Positions 21,274 through 30,238 of a stretch of 64,000 nt of DNA are shown here, piece after piece. Numbering within the stretch: position 1 is the first letter of the stretch; every line of letters starts with the position of its first letter. Position numbers and translations under genes: made by a program. Origin of the DNA: an uncultured Planctomycetota bacterium (lineage in GTDB: Bacteria > Planctomycetota > Planctomycetia > Isosphaerales > Isosphaeraceae); contig CAWGMQ010000011.1 of assembly GCA_963823665.1 (NCBI GenBank), forward strand, positions 32,001 through 96,000, given 5' to 3'. The notes under the pieces were generated by a model that saw only the letters and a program-made list of their open reading frames with translations, was not told the DNA's origin and did no database searches.

Positions 21274-24200
21274 ATGCGCGATTCCGCTTCAGAACAGAAT
21301 TCACTCCGACCAGTTCTGCTGGCTGCGGCCGCGCTGACCTTATTCCTGGCAGGCTTAGTCTCATCGACGGCCAGCGCCGCGCAGCCCGCCCAGCGGCTGA
21401 CGCTCGAGCAGCGCAAGGATCTGAAGCAACGCGCGATCGAATTAAACAATGCCGGGTTCCAACTCTATCAGGAAGGTGAGATCGCTCGCGCCCTGGAGAA
21501 GATGAAGGAAGCGCTTCAGCTCTGCGAACGGCTTTACCCAAAAAGCGAATATCCAGGCGGTGACCCACACTTGGCCGCAAGCCCGAACAATCTGGGCTCG
21601 ATGCTCCAAGATCAGGGATCCTACGTCGAGGCGCGGGGCTTTTATGACCGGGGGCTGGCGATGTGTCAGGCCCTTTACCCCAAGGAGCGGTATCCGGACG
21701 GTCACCCCGACCTGGCCAACAGCCTGAACAACCTGGGCGACCTGCTCGAGGACCAGGGGGCCTTCGCGGAAGCGCGGGCCTTTCTCTAGCGGGCGCTAGC
21801 GATGCGTCAATCCCTCTACCCCAAGGAGCGTTATCCACACGGTCACCCCGACCTCGCCTCAAGCCTTCACAATCTAGGCCACGTGCTCGAAGACCAAGAG
21901 GCCCACGCCGAGGCGCGGGATTATTATGAGCGAGCGCTGTCGATGAACCAGTCCCTCTACCCCAAGGAGCGTTATCCACAGGGTCACCCCGATCTGGCCA
22001 CGAGCCTGCACAACCTGGGCCACCTGCTCGTCGACCAGGGTGCTTACGCCGAGGCGCGGGGATATTATGAGCGAGCGCTGTCGATGAACCAGTCCCTGTA
22101 CCCCAAGGAGCAGTATCCGGACGGTCACCCCGACCTGGCCACCAGTCTGTACGGCCTGGGCTACGTGCTCGAGGACCAAGGTGCCTACGCCGAAGCGCAG
22201 GCCTATCTCGAGCGAGCGCTGACGATGCGCCAAAGCCTCTACCCCCGAGAGCGTCATCCGCAGGGTCACCCGGACCTGGCCAACAGCCTGAACACCCTGG
22301 GCTCTGCGTTAATCCTCCAGGGGGCCTACCGCGAGGCGCGGGGCTATTACGAGCGGGCGCTGTCGATGAACCAGTCGCTCTACCCCAAGGAGCACTATCC
22401 GGACGGTCACCCTGACTTGGCCGCCAGCCTGAACAACCTGGGCCAACTGCTCAAGGACCAGGGTGCCTACGCCGGGGCGCGGGGGTATTACGAGCGGGCG
22501 CTGGCAATGACCCACGCCCTCTACGCGAAGCAGCAGTATCCGCAAGGACAATCCCACTTGGCCATCGGCCTGAATAACATGGGCGGGTTGCTCCAGGCCC
22601 AGGGTGCCTACGAACAGGCGAGGGACTATTATGAGCGGGCGCTGGCAATATACCAGGTGCGTTACCCGAAAGAGCGGTTCCCGCAGGGTCACGCCGACCT
22701 GGCTAGCAGCCTGAGCCGCATAGGCGCACTACTCGATCTACAGGGAGCCGACGGGAAGGCGCGGGGGTATTACGAACAGGCGCTGGCGATGAACGAAGCC
22801 CTGTACCCCAAGGAGCGTTATCCGCAGGGTCACCCCGACGTGGCCTCGAGCCTGAACAACCTGGGCCAGCTTCTCGAGGACCAGGGGGATTACGCCAAAG
22901 CGCGGGCCTATCTCGAACGGGCGTTGGCGATCCGTCAAAGCCTCTATCCCAAGAAGCGCTATCCGAGGGGACACCGGGAACTGGCCACCAGCCTGAGTAA
23001 CCTCGGCGGCTGGCTTTATGCCCAGGGCCGCTACGGCGAGGCCATGCCCCTCGTCCAGCAAGGAGCAGACATGCAGCAGGGCCTGGCCGACGTCCTGGTG
23101 GCCGCCACGTCAGAGGCCGAGGCGCTGAACTACCTTGCCCAGCTCCCATTGGACCGAGACGCTGTTATTTCCGTCTGCCTCCACGTGCCCGACAGCGACG
23201 AAGCAAGCTACGCCCGCGTCTGGGACGGCAAGGCGGCCGTCGCTCGGATGCTCCGGCGCCGCCGAGCTGAGCTGTCTCGCCAGGCTGCCGCCGACCCCGC
23301 CATCCGTCGGGTCGTCAACACCTGGCGTGACGTCCGCAGCCAACTCGCCCGGATGCTAATGGCCACCGCCGACGGCCGCGATCACCCTGAGCGGCTCACC
23401 AGGCTCCAGCAGCTCACCACAGAAAAGGACCGCATCGAACGGAGACTCGCCGAGGCGATTCCCGACTTCCTTCGTCGTCAGGCCCTGGAAGTTGGACCGC
23501 ATAACAAGCTTGTCGAGATGCTCGCTGATCACACGGTCGTTCTCGACCTCGTGAAGTACATACGCATCGAGCGGGCACCGCCGATCGACGGTGATAAAGG
23601 ATGGAGCCTGACACAGAGCTACATCGGCTACGTTCTCGCCAAGGGCCGGCCGGTGCGCGCGGTGGATCTGGGCCCGGCCACACCGATCGACGAGGCGGTT
23701 AAGACGTGGCGGGAAGCTATCAAAAAGCGCCAAATCAGTCCTTCCGGCAAGACGCTCCGCCGCTTGGTGTGGGAGCCCCTTGCGCGGCAGTTCGCGCCCG
23801 CCACGACGACCGTGGTTCTCGCTCTCGACGGCCTCTTGAACTCAGTCCCCTGGGCCGCGCTGCCGGGAGACAACCCCGACAGTGTCCTCCTGGAGCAGTA
23901 CGCCTTGGCCACCGTGCCCCATGCCCCGTTCCTACTCGACCGGCTCACCACACCGGTACCCCCGACTGACCACCCCGGCACCCTCCTTGCTGTCGGTGGC
24001 GTAGCTTACGACCAGCCTCCCAAGCCCGTCGGGGACGAGAAGATCAAGATCGAGGTGCTGGCGTCGCGCCAGCCCGAGACCGCCCGCGGCCGGGACGACG
24101 GCTGGAAGGAGCTGCCCGGCACGCTCGCCGAGCTAAACGCCGTCGCGCGGCTCGCTGGCACACGCACTGTGATCCGCCTTGAGGGCGCCGGCGCCGGCAC

Positions 24201-24888
24201 CGGTCAGCTCCTCCGCGATCTGCCCCGCGCCCGCTGGGCACACATCGCCACCCACGGCTTCTTCGCCAATCCCAGCATCCCCTCGGTCCTGCGGCCTGAT
24301 CCCCAGCACTTCTCTTTCATCGGCACCGAAAGCGTCGGCGCAGGCCTGCGCAATCCGCTGGTCCTCTCGGGTCTGGTCCTGGCCGGCGCCAATCTTCCCA
24401 GCACCGCAGTCGACCCCACAACGCATGACGACCTGGGCATTCTCACCGCCGAGGCGATCGCCGGCCTCCCCTTGCAAGACCTGGAGCTCGTCGTCCTCTC
24501 GGCCTGCGAAACCGGCCTGGGCTTGGTCGGCGGCGGCGAGGGCGTCTTCGGCCTCCAGCGTGCCTTCCACCTGGCCGGCGCCCACAACGTCGTCGCCAGT
24601 CTCTGGCAGGTCGACGACCAAGCAACGGCCGCTCTGATGGCAATCTTCTACGACCAGCTCTGGCGCGAGCACAAGCCGCCGATCGAGGCGCTGCGGACTG
24701 CCCAGTTGAGGCTTTACCACCATCCTGAGTGTATCGGCCAGCTCGCCAAGCTCCGCGGTACGCCCGACTTCGACAAATACGTCCAGCGCCCGGAGCCCGT
24801 CACTACCAATGGCCAGCCAGCCGGGACGCAACAACACGCCCCGATCGAGAAATGGGCCGCGTTTGTGCTCTCGGGGTGGGGGAAATGA
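21274..24888 (+). CDS. Exported TPR-CHAT caspase-like protease 1; in-frame TAG at 21787-21789
   Basis: Signal peptide ending TASA; 11 x 47-aa TPR-like repeats; HIATHGFF (His), VVLSACETGLG (Cys), VVASLWQVDD, WAAFVLSG; both ORF pieces in the same frame. Confidence 0.92.
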
Positions 24889-24896
24889 GGAGGCAA

Positions 24897-27800
24897 ATGA
24901 TGAATCGACGCGACCGCCACTGGAAAGTCTGCAAGCTGGTGCTTACGACGGTACTGGCGGCCCCCGGGGTCGTATTGTTGGTAGCCGCGGTCGCACCATT
25001 CTTCATCGGCTTGATTTCACCAGCAGCCCGCCTCGCAGATTCTTCGGAGCGGCTGACGCCGGAGAAACGCGAGGAGTTGAAGCATGAGGCGATCGAATTG
25101 CTCGAGTCCGCATCCCAACTCCGTCAGCGCGGGGAGATCGTTTTCGCCCTGGAGAAGACGAAGCAGGCCGTGCAGATCTGCGAACGGCTATATCCCAAGA
25201 GCGAGTATCCGGCTGGTCACGCCGCCCGGGCCGGCTGCCTGAACGAGATGGGCAGCCTACTCCAAGACCAGGGGGCCTACGCCGAGGCGCGGGAGTATTT
25301 CGAGCGGGCACTCGCGATGAACCAGGCCCTTTACCCGAAAGAGATGTGTCCGCATGGCGACCCCGACCTTGCCAGAAGCCTGAACAACCTGGGCGCCGCG
25401 CTTTGGGCCGACGGCGCCTACGTCGAGGCACGGGGTTATTACGAACGGGCGTTGGCAATGAAGGAGGCCCTCTACCCCAAGGAGCATTTTCCGCAGGGCC
25501 ACCCTGGTCTGGCCACCAGCTTGAACAACCTGGGCGCGCTGCTCGGGCACCAGGGAGCGTACAGCGAATCACGCGGGTATGTCGAGCGGGCGCTGGCGAT
25601 GTGCCAGGCACTCTACCCCAAAGAGCATTTTCCGCAAGGACACCCCGAACTGGCCAAAAGTCTGACCCTCCTGGGCGTCGTGCTCCAGCACCAGGGGGCC
25701 TACGTCGAAGCGCGCGGCTATTTCGAGCGGGCGCTGGCGATGTACCAGGCCGTCTATCCCAAAGAGAGGTATCCCCGCGGAAACCCCGACGTGGCTCAAT
25801 GCCTGGACAACCTGGGCGCAGTGCTCCAGGCGCAAGGGTCCTACGGCGGGGCGCGGGGCTATTGCGAGCGGGCGTTTTCGATGTACCAGGCCCTCTACCC
25901 CGAGCAGCGGTATCCGCACGGTCACCCCCGCCTGGCCGAAAGCCTGACCTCTCTGGGCTTCCTGGTTGACGCCCAGGGAGCGCACGCTGAGGCGCAGGGG
26001 TATTTCGAGCGGTCGCTGGCGATGTACTCGACCCTCTACCCCGAGGAGCAGTATCCGCACGGACACCCCGAGCTCGCCCGAAGCCTGCGCAACATGGCCA
26101 CCGTGCTCAAGACCCAAGGGACCCATGCCGAAGCACAGGAGTATAGCGAGCGGGCGCTAGCGATCTACCAGGCCATCTACCCCAAGGAGCGGTATCCGCA
26201 CGGACATCCGGACTTGGCCGCGAGCCTGATCAACATGGGCGTCCTGCTCCAGGTCCAAGGTGCCGACGGCGAAGCGAGAGGCTATTTCCAGCGGGCCCTG
26301 GCGATGTATCAGACCCTCTACCCCAAGGAGCAATACCCGCGCGGGCATCCCGCCCTCTCCCCAAGCCTGAACAAACTGGGCGAATTGCTTTATGCCGAGG
26401 GGAACTATCGCGAAGCGCGAGGGTACTTCGAGCGGGTGCTAGCGATGAATCAGGGCCTCTACCCCAAGGAGCTTTATCCGCAGGGGCACGACGACCTGGC
26501 CACCAGTCTCAGCAACGTTGGATCGGTACTGTACAGCCAAGGGGTCTACGGCGAGGCCAGGCCTTTTCTACAGCAATGCGTGGACATGCAGCAGCGTCTG
26601 GCCGAGATCCTGCTGGCCGCAACCTCCGAGGCCGAGGCGCTGAATCACATGGCCCAGCTCGCATTAACCCGAGACGGTTTCATCTCGGTCTGCCTCCATG
26701 TGCCCGGGAGTGACGAGGCATTGTATGACCGGCTCTGGCGCGGCAAGGCAGCCGTCGCTCGCATGCTGCAGCGCCGCCAGGCCGAGCTATTTCGCCAGGC
26801 TGCTGTCGCCCCTGGCGCCGCTCGCGACATCGAGACCTGGCGCGAAATCCGCGATGAGCTCGCCCGGTTGCTGTTGGCGACGGCGGACGGCCGCGACCAC
26901 CCTGAGCGGCTCGCACGGCTTCAGCATCTCACGGCAGATAAAGAGCGAATCGAGCGCCAATTGGCTGCGACGATTCGCGAGTTCGCCCGTCATCAGGACA
27001 TGGAGCGTAGCCGCTATACCAGGCTCGTGGAAGCGCTCCCAGAGCACATGGTCATCCTCGATATCACAAGCTACACACGCTCCGAACAGGACCCGCAGAT
27101 CAAAGGGGAGAAGGGGTGGCGCGCGACACCCAGCTACATCGGCTTCGTGCTGGCCAAGCGCCGGCCGGTGCGCGCGGTGGATCTGGGTCCAGCCGCGCCG
27201 ATCGATGAGGCGGTTGAAACCTGGCGCGAGGCCATCAAGGGGCGGCGGGCGAGTCCTGCTGCCGCGGTGCTCCGCCGCCTGGTCTGGGAACCCTTTGCGC
27301 GGCGGTTCGCGCCCGAGACGACGACCGTGGTTCTCGCTCTCGATGGCTGGTTGACCGCGGTCCCTTGGGCCGCGCTGCCGGGCGACAAGCCGGGCACCGT
27401 GCTCCTGGAGCAGTACACTTTAACCACCGTGCCCCACGCCCCGTTCCTCCTCGACCGGCTCACGGCGCCGGCGCGCCCGGCCAACGCCCGGGGTATTCTT
27501 CTGGCTGTTGGTGGCGTCGCCTACGACCAGGCCCCCAAGCCCGTCGAGGACGAGAAGACCAAACCCGAAGTATTAGCCCTGCGCCAGCCTGAGACCGGCC
27601 GCGGCCGCGGCGACGGCTGGAAGCAGCTACCCGGCACGCTCAACGAGCTGAACGCCGTGACGCGGCTCGCCGACCCTCGCACTGTGTTTCGCCTCGAGGG
27701 AGCCGAGGCCGGCACCGCGCAGCTCGTCCGCGAGCTGCCCCGCGCCCGCTGGGCACACATCGCCACGCACGGCTTTTTCGCAGATCCGAACATCCCCTCG

Positions 27801-28403
27801 GTCCTGCGGCCGGATCCCAAGCTCTTCGGCTTCGTCGGCAACGAAAATGTCGGCGTCGGCATGCGCAATCCGCTCGTCCTTTCGGGCCTGGTCCTGGCCG
27901 GCGGCAATCGGCCGAGCGCCGATGCGGACAACTCACCGCATGATGACATGGGCATCCTTACCGCCGAGGCGATCGCCGGACTTCCCTTGCAAGACCTCGA
28001 GCTAGTCGTCCTTTCCGCCTGCGAGACCGGCCTGGGATTAGTCGGCGGCGGCGAGGGGGTCTTCGGCCTCCAGCGCGCCTTCCACCTGGCCGGTGCCCAC
28101 AACGTCGTCGCCAGTCTCTGGCAGGTCGACGACCAAGCAACAGCCGCTCTGATGGCGATCTTCTACGACCAGCTCTGGCGGGAGCACAAGCCGCCGATCG
28201 AGGCGCTGCGGACCGCCCAACTCGCGATTTACCGCAATCCCGGTCTGGCGGGCCAGCTCGCCAAGCTCCGTGGCACGCCCGACTTCGACAAGCTCGTCCA
28301 CCGCCCCGAGCCGGTCCCCGGGGCCGGCCACGACCAAGAGCCGAAAAACCGCGCCCCAGTCAATCATTGGGCTGCCTTCGTTCTCTCGGGATGGGGCAAG
28401 TGA
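24897..28403 (+). CDS. Exported or membrane-anchored TPR-CHAT caspase-like protease 2
   Basis: GAGGAGG SD; hydrophobic N-terminus; 10 x 47-aa repeats; intact HIATHG/LSACETG dyad; paralog of the previous gene. Confidence 0.94.
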   Translation: MMNRRDRHWKVCKLVLTTVLAAPGVVLLVAAVAPFFIGLISPAARLADSSERLTPEKREELKHEAIELLESASQLRQRGEIVFALEKTKQAVQICERLYPKSEYPAGHAARAGCLNEMGSLLQDQGAYAEAREYFERALAMNQALYPKEMCPHGDPDLARSLNNLGAALWADGAYVEARGYYERALAMKEALYPKEHFPQGHPGLATSLNNLGALLGHQGAYSESRGYVERALAMCQALYPKEHFPQGHPELAKSLTLLGVVLQHQGAYVEARGYFERALAMYQAVYPKERYPRGNPDVAQCLDNLGAVLQAQGSYGGARGYCERAFSMYQALYPEQRYPHGHPRLAESLTSLGFLVDAQGAHAEAQGYFERSLAMYSTLYPEEQYPHGHPELARSLRNMATVLKTQGTHAEAQEYSERALAIYQAIYPKERYPHGHPDLAASLINMGVLLQVQGADGEARGYFQRALAMYQTLYPKEQYPRGHPALSPSLNKLGELLYAEGNYREARGYFERVLAMNQGLYPKELYPQGHDDLATSLSNVGSVLYSQGVYGEARPFLQQCVDMQQRLAEILLAATSEAEALNHMAQLALTRDGFISVCLHVPGSDEALYDRLWRGKAAVARMLQRRQAELFRQAAVAPGAARDIETWREIRDELARLLLATADGRDHPERLARLQHLTADKERIERQLAATIREFARHQDMERSRYTRLVEALPEHMVILDITSYTRSEQDPQIKGEKGWRATPSYIGFVLAKRRPVRAVDLGPAAPIDEAVETWREAIKGRRASPAAAVLRRLVWEPFARRFAPETTTVVLALDGWLTAVPWAALPGDKPGTVLLEQYTLTTVPHAPFLLDRLTAPARPANARGILLAVGGVAYDQAPKPVEDEKTKPEVLALRQPETGRGRGDGWKQLPGTLNELNAVTRLADPRTVFRLEGAEAGTAQLVRELPRARWAHIATHGFFADPNIPSVLRPDPKLFGFVGNENVGVGMRNPLVLSGLVLAGGNRPSADADNSPHDDMGILTAEAIAGLPLQDLELVVLSACETGLGLVGGGEGVFGLQRAFHLAGAHNVVASLWQVDDQATAALMAIFYDQLWREHKPPIEALRTAQLAIYRNPGLAGQLAKLRGTPDFDKLVHRPEPVPGAGHDQEPKNRAPVNHWAAFVLSGWGK

Positions 28404-28411
28404 GGAATCGC

Positions 28412-29179
28412 ATGACAAATCGACGTGAACTCCGTGAACTCCGTGGACTGCGTTGGAAGTTGGCATTTATCCCGGTCCTGGTGACCGCCGCGTGCGGGGC
28501 TGGCGAAACGCAGGCACCGGCACCAAAGCAAGCCGACCCCGAGCCGCTGAAAGCCGTTCTCCATCTCCGAATCGGCGACCCGGCCGACGTGGGCCGCCGC
28601 AATCTTCGGCTCGACCAGCCCAACGTGCTCCCTGTCAAGGCGGGCGACTGTTTCCACATCGAAGCGCGGCTAAACCGCCGCGCCTACGTGTATCTTTTCT
28701 GGGTCGGCTCCGACGCCAAGGTCTCCCCGATGTACCCATGGATGCCCGGCCACTGGGACAAAAGGCCCGAGCGGGAGGAGAAGAGAGATCGCCTCGACCT
28801 TCCGGACCAGGCTGACAAGGCGTGGACGATCCCGACCGGAAGCCCGGGAAACGAGACGCTGCTCCTGCTCATCCGCGAAAAAAGCCCATTGCCGCGGCGG
28901 GACGAGGAGAAGCTCGCGAGGCTCTTCGCCGACGCCCAGGTGTCCAGCTCGGTCCTGATCAAAGAGGCCGTCTGGCTTGAGAACGGCCGCGAGATCACGC
29001 TCGACAAGCAAGACCGCGCGTCGCCCAGCCCGAAGACCCGCAAGAGCGATGACCCCGTGCTGCGCATCCGCAAGCTATTGAGCGACAAGGTCCAGCCGCT
29101 GGGCGACTTCTGGCAGGCCGTGGTCTTTCCGAACGAGGGGGGCAAGGAAAAGGCGAGTTCCCATCAACAAGAGAAGTAA
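28412..29179 (+). CDS. Stand-alone DUF4384-like protein, probable lipoprotein
   Basis: LAFIPVLVTAAC lipobox-like; paralogous to the kinase C-terminal domain (IEARL.R.AY.YLFWVGS; PSPKTRKSDDPVLRIR). Confidence 0.85.
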   Translation: MTNRRELRELRGLRWKLAFIPVLVTAACGAGETQAPAPKQADPEPLKAVLHLRIGDPADVGRRNLRLDQPNVLPVKAGDCFHIEARLNRRAYVYLFWVGSDAKVSPMYPWMPGHWDKRPEREEKRDRLDLPDQADKAWTIPTGSPGNETLLLLIREKSPLPRRDEEKLARLFADAQVSSSVLIKEAVWLENGREITLDKQDRASPSPKTRKSDDPVLRIRKLLSDKVQPLGDFWQAVVFPNEGGKEKASSHQQEK

Positions 29180-29248
29180 ACGACGCATCGAATCGCGATT
29201 CTGACGGAGAGCACCGCGGACACCCGCACGGATCTTTTCCCATTCGCT

Positions 29249-29419
29249 GTTCGGCGCAGGTCTGCAACCCCGCCCAATGTCGCCCTTCGCTCCGCGAAGG
29301 GATCTCCCGGTTGGCCGCAGGTCTGCAACCCCGTCCAATGTCGCCCTTCGCTCCGCGAAGGGACCTCCTCGTTCGGCGCGGGTCTCCTGACCCCGCCGGG
29401 GCCGCGACCGGAGGTCTCC
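29249..29419. repeat. Composite REP array with 61-bp period
   Basis: Units at 29249, 29310, 29371; the first two contain GTCGCCCTTCGCTCCGCGAAGGGA, a near copy of which lies at 18616-18639. Confidence 0.85.
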
Positions 29420-29444
29420 CGGCGTTTCATACGCCAATCCCAAA

Positions 29445-29479
29445 TCGATGAAAGATTTCCAGCGGGCGTGCGTAACAGA
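29445..29479 (+). promoter_or_regulatory. Putative ECF promoter TGAAAG-N16-CGTAAC
   Basis: 29/35 identical to 18429-18463; ~50 bp before ATG 29530. Confidence 0.6.
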
Positions 29480-29529
29480 AGGTGATAGATGAATTGGGAA
29501 GGTGCATCCTGTACAAGAAAGGGCACGCC

Positions 29530-30132
29530 ATGGCCGTCTTCATCGCCACCACTGTGCAATGGGTCATTCTCCCACTCATCATGTGCGCGATCTTCGCGTT
29601 CGCCTGGATCATCGCCAGCTCGGCAAAGACCGCCGAATTGCGCGTTTCGTCTTGGGCGGGTTTCTGGGCCGGGCTGCTCACCTTCGTTGTCTACGTCGTG
29701 AGCCAGCTCGGCCAGATCCAGGAACCAAAGCTCCAGTTCGAGAAATTGCCGGGCGTGCAATTTCTCGAGCTGGGCTGGGGACTGACCACCGGCTTTGTGT
29801 TTCTCTCGGTTGTCCGGCACGCCGTGCCCACACGCCTGGTCGGGCTGCTCACGCTCATGCTCGCCGGCTCGAGCACATCGGCACTCTTCACTTATGTCTT
29901 TATCAACCCTTCGAGGGTCTCGGTCTTGTACTGGACGCTCGGCACCGCCCTGGGGATTCTCTTGCACATCGTTCTCTTCCCCACGTCCATCGCTCACATT
30001 TTCCCCCTGGCCGATAAAAAGGATCGCTTTCTCATCGACGCACCGCGGAGGCCGGCGGCATCGACCTCTGGCGCTGCGGGAACAGGCGAGTCATCGCTCA
30101 ATGCCCAGCCGCTTCAACCCGCAGCCGCTTGA
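29530..30132 (+). CDS. Hypothetical integral membrane protein (~5-6 TM)
   Basis: Alternating hydrophobic helices; polar C-terminal tail. Confidence 0.8.
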   Translation: MAVFIATTVQWVILPLIMCAIFAFAWIIASSAKTAELRVSSWAGFWAGLLTFVVYVVSQLGQIQEPKLQFEKLPGVQFLELGWGLTTGFVFLSVVRHAVPTRLVGLLTLMLAGSSTSALFTYVFINPSRVSVLYWTLGTALGILLHIVLFPTSIAHIFPLADKKDRFLIDAPRRPAASTSGAAGTGESSLNAQPLQPAAA

Positions 30133-30238
30133 GCGCTGGGTCTCTCAGATCATGTTGGCAAGATTCTGACTCTCCGTAAGTCCGTGTACTGACTACGAGT
30201 GACTTTCAAGGTCCGATCGACGAGAGGAAACACCGATC

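Noticed and set aside
21787..21789. Pyrrolysine or genetic-code reassignment of TAG
   Set aside because: TAG ends several normal genes here; no pyl genes in the window; the position is Glu in sister repeats
21560..26560. Diversity-generating retroelement acting on the repeats
   Set aside because: No reverse transcriptase in the window, no template/variable pair, and differences are not adenine-specific
18679..29179. Type III-E CRISPR (Craspase) locus
   Set aside because: No Cas7-11 or array; the CHATs have export signals; only a mechanistic analogy is claimed
29249..29419. Mini CRISPR with 61-bp period
   Set aside because: Units are similar along their whole length and built from REP palindromes seen elsewhere in the window
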